Source: a virus. Taken from it: a stretch of DNA of 64,000 nucleotides. The notes under the pieces are model-generated. The model was given only the letters and a program-made list of their open reading frames with translations. It had not been told where the DNA came from and did no database searches. The position numbers and the translations under genes are program-made. Location: positions 1-64,000 of IMG/VR virus record IMGVR_UViG_3300013093_000022, one strand, 5' to 3'. This document shows, piece after piece, positions 56,259 to 64,000 of this stretch (within the stretch, counting starts at the first letter, position 1; each line of letters opens with the position of its first letter).

Positions 56259-58075
56259 GAGCCGCCCCCGCCGATGTTCGGTGCCTGCAGGGTCAGGGTG
56301 TTCTGGTAGACGGCGAGTTGGTTGTCGTTGAGGACGAAGTCGGTCGTCGTGGGGGGCAGGTCGGAGTTCGGGGTCGCGTCGCTGGTGTCCATGACCCAGA
56401 TCCCGTAGTCGTAGCTCCCGGCACCGGCCTCGGCGGCAGTGGTGACGTGGACCTCGTTGACGCCCAGGACCTGCTGGACGGCGGCCTCCAGTTGGCTGAT
56501 GATCACCGGTGCCCCGAAGCCGAGGGTCTGGTAGAAGATCTGCAGCCGGGACACGATCGCGTTGTTGACCAGGGATATCGTGTAGCTCCGGCCGTACTCG
56601 ATGGTCAGGCAGGTGGTGATGTATTGGTAGTCGGCGACGTGGGTGAGGACGTCGGTGCAGATCTGCTTGCTCGACCCGTAGACGGCGTCCAGGATCTGTG
56701 GGATTTGATTGTAGGTGTAGTTGAGGACCAGTTGCTGGTTCGTCGCGGGTGGCTCATAGAACCACTCGATCCCCGACCACTCCTGCTGGGATCCCCGGCG
56801 CGACGTGCCGTCCTTCACGACGTAGTAGTTGACGCCTTCGGTGTAGACCGTGCCGCCTGACACGAACGACGACGGGAAGTTCAGGATCGGCACGCTCCCG
56901 AGCCGGGTGAAGCCGTTTCCGGGGGTGGGGTTCGGCTGGGGTGCCCCGGGCGTGACCCGATTGAAGTTCCCGAAGTAGTGGTACGAATCGGCCGGGTTGC
57001 TGGTGAACACGACTGAGGGGCTGTAGGCGCACGTCTCGGTCACCACGAACGGGGTCGACCCGTCAATGAAGACGTCGACCTTGTTGGTGACCGGCTGGCC
57101 GATGACCGGCGCTGGGTCGTTGCGGCTGCACTTGGTGGTGTACTGGAACTCCAAGTCGACGACGTCGCCCTGCATTGACGCCAAGGCCCCCGTCGGCAGA
57201 ACCGTGAAACTCGGTGCCCCGTACCCGTTGGACAGGTTGTAGTCGTCGACCGGCGAGTAGAAGGTCTCGGTGTCGGTCCCGATCCCGGTGAAGCACGAGG
57301 CCCCGGACGGCCACACGTAGTTGATGTTCTGGGACAGTCCGAGCGTCAGGGGCGAGGACGGTGCCGGAACCGAGACCTGGGTGGCGTACAGGCTGACCGG
57401 GCCGTACACGGTCGCCCGGGCCACGTTGTTGTTCTGGAGGGCGGTGTTGATGTACCAGTCCTCGGTGCCCGATATGTTCCGGAGCAGGGTGTCCATGAAC
57501 CTCTGCCGGAGCTGGGAGTCGGTCTCGACGTTCGTCCCGCCGGTCATCGCGGCCGTGTTGGTCACCACCGACGAGCCGATCGCCGCCGACTGGCTGGTGA
57601 TAGAGTCCGGGGGCACGTTCCCGGCCGTGCCGACGGTCGTGCAACTAACCGGAATCGACACCTGGTACGAACCGGCCGGAATCGTCACCGCCTGCGTGGA
57701 CGTGTAGTACACGGTAGTCGACAACCCACCCAGCCCCGGGGTGGTGAAGAACTGGGTGTTCAGGGGAACGGCGGTCGCCTGGGTCGCCACGCTTGACAGG
57801 GTCATCGTGACGGTCCCGGTGGCCGGCGTCCCCTGGAGGCGGCCGAACCCGAAGATGCCGACGAACTGGTCCAACTCCAGGCCCGACTTGGTGTTGATGT
57901 CCATCATGCCGCCGGTCAGGTACTGGCCGATGTATGCGGCCGAGATCTGGGCGGCGCAGGCGTCGATGATCTGCCGCTCCGGGGTTCCGATAGCACACGA
58001 CAGTTGCGGCGCGGTCTGCGCCAAGGTGGCCAAAATGCTGGCCGATATCTGGTCTGGCGTGGTCGTGGGACTCAC
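56255..58075 (-). CDS. baseplate J-like protein
   Basis: G.ELD.F...FG..R..G..A.G.V, C...G..GNV...SI, GG..VETDSQLRQR. Confidence 0.88.
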   Translation of the reverse strand: MSPTTTPDQISASILATLAQTAPQLSCAIGTPERQIIDACAAQISAAYIGQYLTGGMMDINTKSGLELDQFVGIFGFGRLQGTPATGTVTMTLSSVATQATAVPLNTQFFTTPGLGGLSTTVYYTSTQAVTIPAGSYQVSIPVSCTTVGTAGNVPPDSITSQSAAIGSSVVTNTAAMTGGTNVETDSQLRQRFMDTLLRNISGTEDWYINTALQNNNVARATVYGPVSLYATQVSVPAPSSPLTLGLSQNINYVWPSGASCFTGIGTDTETFYSPVDDYNLSNGYGAPSFTVLPTGALASMQGDVVDLEFQYTTKCSRNDPAPVIGQPVTNKVDVFIDGSTPFVVTETCAYSPSVVFTSNPADSYHYFGNFNRVTPGAPQPNPTPGNGFTRLGSVPILNFPSSFVSGGTVYTEGVNYYVVKDGTSRRGSQQEWSGIEWFYEPPATNQQLVLNYTYNQIPQILDAVYGSSKQICTDVLTHVADYQYITTCLTIEYGRSYTISLVNNAIVSRLQIFYQTLGFGAPVIISQLEAAVQQVLGVNEVHVTTAAEAGAGSYDYGIWVMDTSDATPNSDLPPTTTDFVLNDNQLAVYQNTLTLQAPNIGGGGS

Positions 58076-58088
58076 CTACTCCAAGGGG

Positions 58089-58505
58089 TTACAGACTGGT
58101 CGGGGAAACGGTCAGGGTGGCGGTGGTAGCGGGGTTGCTGACCTGGATGGTGGCGTAGACCGTGTCGTAGGTGACTGCCACGTTAATGGAGTCAATCGAA
58201 TAAGGCAATTCAGCCACGGAGAATACGCTGGGGTTGGATTTGAACATCTGGTAGATCATGGCCTGGTAATTGTTTAATACGCGAACGATCTCGTTATAGG
58301 CGTTGGCCTTGGTGGCGGGGGATACGATGCCGCCGATGTAGCTCTGGAGTTGGGACCCGAACGTCGGGTGCATCCGGTTCGACCCGTACCTCTCCAGCAT
58401 CCACAGGGTCAGGTCCTGTTGGAGCTTGGCCTGGCCCGACACGACCCGGCACTGCGACCCCTGTACGGCCAGGTCACCGTTCTGAATGGCCAACGAGTAG
58501 GTCAT
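58089..58505 (-). CDS. baseplate wedge gp25-like protein
   Basis: GDL, QDL...M.ERYGS...HP.FGS.L. Confidence 0.8.
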   Translation of the reverse strand: MTYSLAIQNGDLAVQGSQCRVVSGQAKLQQDLTLWMLERYGSNRMHPTFGSQLQSYIGGIVSPATKANAYNEIVRVLNNYQAMIYQMFKSNPSVFSVAELPYSIDSINVAVTYDTVYATIQVSNPATTATLTVSPTSL

Positions 58506-58562
58506 GTTTTCCTTTCCCCTTATTAACGCCCCGAGGGTCGGTATCGATATTGGTGGATTGAC

Positions 58563-59870
58563 CTAGCGGTAGGCCAAAATAAAGACAGCGCCCTGAGCCC
58601 CGTTGTACGGGACGAAACTCGATAAGTTTATGGTCGTGATGCCGCCACCCCCTCCCGGGGCATTTCCAGGTCCTGTCGATGACGCTCCTCCGGTGTAGGT
58701 GTGCCCGTCGAAGGTCTCGTTGCCCGGGCTGCCCCCAACCGCTCCCGGCACGCCGGTGTATGTCTTTCCGGTGACGGTGCCACCGGCCCCACCGGCTCCG
58801 GAAACGGTGTAGGTGCCGCCCCCCGAACCGGCCCCCGGCACTTGAACACTGCTGGGCGATCCACTGGAGGCCCCCGCCGCGCCGGTTCCTGCCGAGCCTC
58901 CGGTGCCGACCGTGACGACCAGGGGTCCGGTGATCAACGAGGTGCTGAAGGTGGCGGCGGACCACGCCCCCGGCGCTCCAGAATACTCGTAACTGTAGGG
59001 TGAATAGAACCATGCTCCGCCCCCGCCGCCCAAGGTGATCACGTCGACCTGGGTCGCCCAAGTCGGCGGGTGGTAAGAGAACGTGCCCGCTGTCGAGTAG
59101 GTTGTCAGAGCCGGGACGACGGTCAGCGAGGGTGCCCCGTGGCCGGAAATGGCCGCGCCGATGAACACCCTGGCGGAGTTGTTTGCCGAAAGCATTCCAT
59201 GCGAGATGAGGGCCGCGCTGCGGATGAAGTCGGGGTATCCGGTCGCCCCGAGCGTCCCGTGGCCGGTGAGGAGGGCCCGGTAGCCAACTCTTGCCTGGAG
59301 CCTGCCCGACCCCGACAGGCGGGAAACCTCCCTCGGGGCGTCGACCGCTTTAGCCGACCCGGAGCCGAGGAGGGAAGCGGTCACCTGAGCGATCGTGACA
59401 TTGCCACCGGAGTCGGTCCAGTTGGTGCCGTTGCTCCACACCGGCTTCCCTAGGGTGGTGTCGTAGACGTGGGTCCCGGCGGGGACCGTCGAGGCGGGGG
59501 GCAGGGCGCTGCTGCTGTACGAGGCGACCGACAGCGGCCCGGCGACGTTGATCTGGGTTCCCTGCAACTCGATCGGGCCCTGGCCCGAGCCCACGATGTG
59601 CTGGCCTTGGGTCGGGATCACCGCCGCCTGGTTGGGGTCGTTGAACGGGATCCGGTGGTCGAGCCTCCACTGGCCGTTGATCAGCTTGACGACCCACTGG
59701 TCTCCGACCGACGGGGTGACGCTCACCGCCCCCACGTAGTACGAGGTGTCGACATAGAGAAGGGTCCCGACGTTGCTGACCCCGTGGGCACCTTGGTTGA
59801 CCGCGTCGACCGACGTGATCGCCACCTGCCGGGTGACCTGGGAGGTGGGCGGGGTGTTGGTGTAGGCCAT
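58563..59870 (-). CDS. baseplate spike/minor tail protein with Gly-rich C-terminal domain
   Basis: OB-like N-terminus (P.VGDQW.V), LxGxGxLxA repeats, GGGGG domain. Confidence 0.7.
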   Translation of the reverse strand: MAYTNTPPTSQVTRQVAITSVDAVNQGAHGVSNVGTLLYVDTSYYVGAVSVTPSVGDQWVVKLINGQWRLDHRIPFNDPNQAAVIPTQGQHIVGSGQGPIELQGTQINVAGPLSVASYSSSALPPASTVPAGTHVYDTTLGKPVWSNGTNWTDSGGNVTIAQVTASLLGSGSAKAVDAPREVSRLSGSGRLQARVGYRALLTGHGTLGATGYPDFIRSAALISHGMLSANNSARVFIGAAISGHGAPSLTVVPALTTYSTAGTFSYHPPTWATQVDVITLGGGGGAWFYSPYSYEYSGAPGAWSAATFSTSLITGPLVVTVGTGGSAGTGAAGASSGSPSSVQVPGAGSGGGTYTVSGAGGAGGTVTGKTYTGVPGAVGGSPGNETFDGHTYTGGASSTGPGNAPGGGGGITTINLSSFVPYNGAQGAVFILAYR

Positions 59871-62809
59871 CAGCTACCCGTTGACCCGGTGACCGGCTGG
59901 CCGTTGTTTGACGTGGAGTTGCCCGGCGTGGTTGAGACGTTGTTCATCGCCTGGTTGAACGAGCTGTAGAAGTTTGAACTGGCCTTCGGGTTGGTGGCCG
60001 CCGACACGGTGGCCGACGTCCGAAAGCCCCGCTCCCAGTCGAACTCGTGGACCACCTCGCTGACGTAGACCGAAAGGTTGTGGCCGACGAGGTTGATTCG
60101 GCTCCCGGGCAGCAGCTCCGGCAGGAACGTGACCCCGATGGTGGTGCTGTACTGGCCCGCCCACTTGCCGGTGAAAATCTGAACCGCCAGCAGGAACTCC
60201 AGCGCCGGGTTCCCGGCGACCGGGTATGAGTCCTTGTAGGGCCGGACACCGAAACGCTGCATCAACTGCTGTGCGGTCAGGTTGTTGTCGACGTCTCCGA
60301 CCGCGAACGCCTTCAGCCTCTGGAACAGGAAGGGGTTCTCCACGGTCGCGACGCCGGACGTGGTGATCCAGCCGACCGCCTGGTCGGCCTGGCCGATCAT
60401 CGTGTAGTCGCCCTCGATGTAGACGTGGGTCGTCAGGTCGTTGTCCGACAGGATGATCGAGGCGTCGGTCAGCTCGATGTCCTCGAGGTTGAAGATCGCG
60501 GGCTTGCCGTCGACCCCGAACGGGTCGGGGTAGTAGGCGCAGAAGCTGCCGTCCGGGCCCGACTGGAAGTTCCGCAGGCTGGCCATGCACAGCGACTTGA
60601 CGATCTGGATCAGGGGCTGGGAGTCGATGTAGGCCTTCTCCCCCGAGAAGTACAGGGCGCTCGCGGCGGCGTAGGCGTCGGGCTCGAAGATGTAGGAGAA
60701 CAGGTTCCGGGCGATCGGCTCTTGGCTCGACGGGGAGCCGTTTCCGGTGCCGGGGGGGACCCCGGTGCCGGGCGGCGGCGTCGGGATCCCGGCCGCTGAG
60801 ATGGCGACCGGGGTGAACGGTGCCGTGGGGTCTACCCCGCCGTTGGGGCAGACCCTTCCCGCCCAGTAGCACTGGGCCGGGTTGATCGGCTCGACCTTTC
60901 CCGGTCGACCGGTCGGGCCGCCGGTGTTGATCCACATTCCCCCGCCCAGGTAGATCCCGGTGTGGCCGCCGTTGTTTGTCTGGAGGACGTCGCCCCGCTG
61001 GGCCGACGCGGGTGGGATTGAGGGGATCGCGGACCTCTGGGTGTTGGTGCTGCGGGTGACGTCGATCCCGGTACCGGCGAGGAACGACAACTGGACCAGG
61101 TGGGAGCAGTCCATCCCCTCGGGGGTCTCCAGGTACGGGGTCAGGTACATCGAGTAGGCGGCGTTGATCGCGCACTCCGAGTCCTGGGCGGGCTTGCCGG
61201 GACGGACAGCCGACACGGCGGCACCCGACAGCGCCGAGTTGGCGGCCGCGCCCACCGCGTTCCCGGCGGTGCTCGCCACCGCGTTGGCACCGCCGGTCGC
61301 CATGTTGCCCAGGCCGCCCGCGCCCACGGCACCGAACGCCGAGTTGGCGGTGTTCTTGGCGCTCTGCTGGGCCTGCCGGTAGGCCTGGATGAGCGGTGCC
61401 GCGACCGTGGCCGCCGCCGAGTACTTCGGGATGCTCGACGACACGCTCTGCTGGACCTGCCAGATCGCCTGGCCCGGGTCCATGTTGCGCCACCCCGTCT
61501 TTGATTGGAGCGCGTCGAGGAACATCGAGGCCGACGAGTAGGGGTTCATCCGCTGGGCGGTCGTCCCCCACTGGCCGGTGGCCTGCTGCTGGAACAGGCC
61601 GACGCTGCTCCCGTCGTGGCCCACCGCGTCGTGCCAGAAGCTCATCGACGGCGGGTCGGCCGGGTTGGCGTACATCAACAGGTTCGGGGTGCCGCCGCCC
61701 GACTCGACCATCGCACACGCCAAGGCCAGGATGGCCGCGTCGCTGCTGCTGTTCTGGGCCATCTGGTTGGCCGCGTACTGGGCGACTTGCTGACCGGCCT
61801 GCTTCACATCGGTGGCCATCGCCTGGCCCCCGAAACTCGTCTGCCCGGCTGCACCGGCCGACTCCAGGACGCTCCCCACCCCCTGCAGGTTCTGCGCGTT
61901 CGCCGCATTGGCGGCGATCGGCCCCATGCCCCGGTCGTCGACGGCCTTCACGATCTGCGAGATGTAGAACTGGGTGTTGGCGTTCGCGGCGGTCGCGCCG
62001 GTCCCCAGCGGGTCGCCGGGCTGGTAGCCGACCGCCGCCATCGGCCCGGGCGAGGTGTCGTCGCCGAGGATCGTGCCCGTGAAGGCCTGGCCCAAGGCCT
62101 GGTTCTTCTCGGGGATCTGGTTCGCCACCAGGTACTGGTTGCACGAGGAGATGAATTGCTGCGGCACGTCTTGGATGTGGACCGTGTCGGGTGTCCACTT
62201 CCCGACGTCGCGCATGATGTTCCGCAGGACATTGCCGATACCGCTGTCGGTGAAGCTCCCGTCGCCTGTGTCGGTCTCCTGGCCTATCTGATCGAAGTAG
62301 GCCTGGCTGTCGGGCAGCGAGGGGTTCCACCAGGTGTGCATCAGCCGCTTCAAGGTGCATGTCGCCACGAAGTCCACGGTCCCCGGGTAGGCCTGCAGGA
62401 ACGGCACCGTGTCCAGGTAGCCGCTGAACACCTGTATCTTCGAGACCCGGGTCAGGTACAGGACCACCGTGTCCATCCGGGAGAACAGGCCGTTGTAGCG
62501 GAGGCTCTGGTTGGCCAATGTGAAGAAGAGCGACGACGCCGAGTTCTCCCTCTTCAGGACCTGGCCCCGCACGATGTCTTTTGACACGTCGTACTGGATG
62601 CCGTTGTGCCGTATCAGGATGGTGACGTCCGGGGCGTAGACCGCCGTTCCCATCGGGGGAGGGTTCAGGGTCGGGAAGGTCGCGTTCTGGCTGTGGTTCC
62701 CGATCGCCGTCTGGGTACCGGCGCTGGCGTTGGCCGGGACCCCACCGATCGCGCCGCCGGTGGTCGTGGTCCCCGGGGCCGACGCCGACGGGGTGTTGGG
62801 CGCGGTCAA
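59870..62809 (-). CDS. baseplate hub with lysozyme-like and NlpC/P60 domains
   Basis: start TTG 62809 (TTGA overlap); AMVES..GLFQQ..WGT..QRMNP; MDCS..GHTGIY; hub-like FLPELLPG. Confidence 0.8.
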   Translation of the reverse strand: MTAPNTPSASAPGTTTTGGAIGGVPANASAGTQTAIGNHSQNATFPTLNPPPMGTAVYAPDVTILIRHNGIQYDVSKDIVRGQVLKRENSASSLFFTLANQSLRYNGLFSRMDTVVLYLTRVSKIQVFSGYLDTVPFLQAYPGTVDFVATCTLKRLMHTWWNPSLPDSQAYFDQIGQETDTGDGSFTDSGIGNVLRNIMRDVGKWTPDTVHIQDVPQQFISSCNQYLVANQIPEKNQALGQAFTGTILGDDTSPGPMAAVGYQPGDPLGTGATAANANTQFYISQIVKAVDDRGMGPIAANAANAQNLQGVGSVLESAGAAGQTSFGGQAMATDVKQAGQQVAQYAANQMAQNSSSDAAILALACAMVESGGGTPNLLMYANPADPPSMSFWHDAVGHDGSSVGLFQQQATGQWGTTAQRMNPYSSASMFLDALQSKTGWRNMDPGQAIWQVQQSVSSSIPKYSAAATVAAPLIQAYRQAQQSAKNTANSAFGAVGAGGLGNMATGGANAVASTAGNAVGAAANSALSGAAVSAVRPGKPAQDSECAINAAYSMYLTPYLETPEGMDCSHLVQLSFLAGTGIDVTRSTNTQRSAIPSIPPASAQRGDVLQTNNGGHTGIYLGGGMWINTGGPTGRPGKVEPINPAQCYWAGRVCPNGGVDPTAPFTPVAISAAGIPTPPPGTGVPPGTGNGSPSSQEPIARNLFSYIFEPDAYAAASALYFSGEKAYIDSQPLIQIVKSLCMASLRNFQSGPDGSFCAYYPDPFGVDGKPAIFNLEDIELTDASIILSDNDLTTHVYIEGDYTMIGQADQAVGWITTSGVATVENPFLFQRLKAFAVGDVDNNLTAQQLMQRFGVRPYKDSYPVAGNPALEFLLAVQIFTGKWAGQYSTTIGVTFLPELLPGSRINLVGHNLSVYVSEVVHEFDWERGFRTSATVSAATNPKASSNFYSSFNQAMNNVSTTPGNSTSNNGQPVTGSTGS

Positions 62810-63444
62810 AACGCGATACCCCCGGTGAGGGCCTGGGTGATGCCGGGGATGACCGACGCCGTGCCGCCCGACAGGAGGTTGCTCCCCAAGGTGCTCTGCA
62901 CGGCACCGTAGAGGGCGGCGTTGCCCTGGGTGACCGCCCCGCCGATGAAGTCCTCGGCCAGCGTGAACAGGGTGTCGACGTTGCTGCCGACCGACGTGCT
63001 CTGGAACAGCCCCTGCCAGCCGCTGGCGAAGCTCTGGAACACCTGCAGGTTGCTGACCAGGGACACCACGAGCTGGAACTCGACCTGGGTTCGGGGCGCG
63101 TAGTTCCACCTCATCCCCCCGGCCTTCGTTACCGGGATGATCCCGGTCCAGTTGTTGATGTTGCGCTCCGGCCAGTTCAGGGTCACGCCGGGCAGCCCGG
63201 TTGAGTTCGAGCTCTGCGAGTTGACCATGTTGGTCCTCGCCCAGTCTTGCCACTGCTCCCACACCGCCTCGCTGGGGAACACGACGCTGCACACCAGGTC
63301 GGGCTGGAAGGCCTTGATCGGGAAGTACTGCGCCTGGGTCTTGGTCTGGACGCCACGTATCTCGCCTGAGATCGGGGAGTTGAAGCTGACGACGTTCAGG
63401 TAGAAGTCGGGCTGCCCCACCCCGCTGACCCGGAGCTGGCTCAC
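62806..63444 (-). CDS. tail/baseplate-associated protein
   Basis: structural operon position. Confidence 0.7.
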   Translation of the reverse strand: MSQLRVSGVGQPDFYLNVVSFNSPISGEIRGVQTKTQAQYFPIKAFQPDLVCSVVFPSEAVWEQWQDWARTNMVNSQSSNSTGLPGVTLNWPERNINNWTGIIPVTKAGGMRWNYAPRTQVEFQLVVSLVSNLQVFQSFASGWQGLFQSTSVGSNVDTLFTLAEDFIGGAVTQGNAALYGAVQSTLGSNLLSGGTASVIPGITQALTGGIAF

Positions 63445-63650
63445 TGCTGCCTCGACTTCCCGAGCGCACCGATGCTGCCGCCCGCCGGAGGGGGCGCGGC
63501 CGGCGGCTCGCCACTGGCCGACGCCGCCGTCGCCGGGAACAGGAAGCCTACGGTCTTGCTGAACATGAAGCCGTTCAGGTCGGTGTCGGGCCGTGCGGCG
63601 ACCGTGATCGGCGACGACATCTTGACGTTCGACGTGTAGCGCATGGCCAC
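63441..63650 (-). CDS. hypothetical protein
   Basis: overlap chain. Confidence 0.55.
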   Translation of the reverse strand: MAMRYTSNVKMSSPITVAARPDTDLNGFMFSKTVGFLFPATAASASGEPPAAPPPAGGSIGALGKSRQQ

Positions 63651-63663
63651 AGGACGATACCCC

Positions 63664-64000
63664 CTACCCGCCTATGTAGCTGGCGATTGAGCCGATGATG
63701 TTTCCCGCCCCGGGAATCCCGGGGACCGGTGGGGCGGTCTGGACGGTCGGTGCCACGGGGTTCAGTGTCGACTGGAACCCCGACGACCCGCCGTACTCGT
63801 TGTTCGGGATGTTCACCCCGGCGAAGTCGAAGTTGTTGAAACCGGACGTCACGAACCCGATGCCGTCGGAGATCGCCTTGAACGCCTGGTCCAGTGAGGC
63901 CGACGTCTGGACGCCCGAGATGTCCTCTTGGATGCGGAAGCTCAACTCCAGCTCACGGACCGTCTCCCCGACCGCGTCGTGGTAGGGGAGGCTGTCGGCG
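63664..64000 (-). CDS. tail-associated protein, 5' end beyond window
   Basis: frame open to window edge (ADSLPYHDAVGETVRELEL...). Confidence 0.65.
   Translation of the reverse strand, partial: ADSLPYHDAVGETVRELELSFRIQEDISGVQTSASLDQAFKAISDGIGFVTSGFNNFDFAGVNIPNNEYGGSSGFQSTLNPVAPTVQTAPPVPGIPGAGNIIGSIASYIGG

Noticed and set aside
59874-62906. 1010-aa alternative-frame ORF over the hub gene
   Set aside because: Arg/Pro/Gly-rich frame-shift shadow typical of high-GC DNA.

Overview
A 64-kb slice of a large, high-GC actinobacteriophage genome. It is most likely a mycobacteriophage myovirus with a Bxz1/cluster C-like gene set (inference from gene content). Almost all genes are on the minus strand. 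From right to left: baseplate/tail genes (49-64 kb); small accessory genes, NrdH and a plus-strand secreted Rpf next to an AT-rich origin-like region (43-49 kb); Lsr2 and a replication/recombination block with DnaC-like loader, DnaB, primase, SSB, DnaE, RecA, Cas4-like nuclease, EndoVII and a sigma region-4-like protein (28-43 kb); a papain-like protease and a DUF2786/HExxH pair (21-25 kb); a three-ORF, partly overprinted C5 DNA methyltransferase carrying about 12 tandem 'LLPTP' modules (18.6-21.1 kb); WhiB and a glycosyltransferase cluster (13.5-18.6 kb); and a long array of small genes including Vsr (0-13.4 kb). The main observations are: (1) the modular methyltransferase and a second headless copy that shares a perfect 96-bp repeat; (2) twelve GGAAT-N18-GTT (SigH/SigR-type) promoter motifs, six with an ATG exactly 9 nt downstream and five supplying the stop codon of the upstream gene; (3) a standalone secreted resuscitation-promoting factor; (4) a LysB/cutinase-like domain inside a giant baseplate protein. 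No tRNA, CRISPR array, integrase or intein was recognised. Protein family calls are from motif recognition by eye, not database searches, and many start codons were re-chosen manually.
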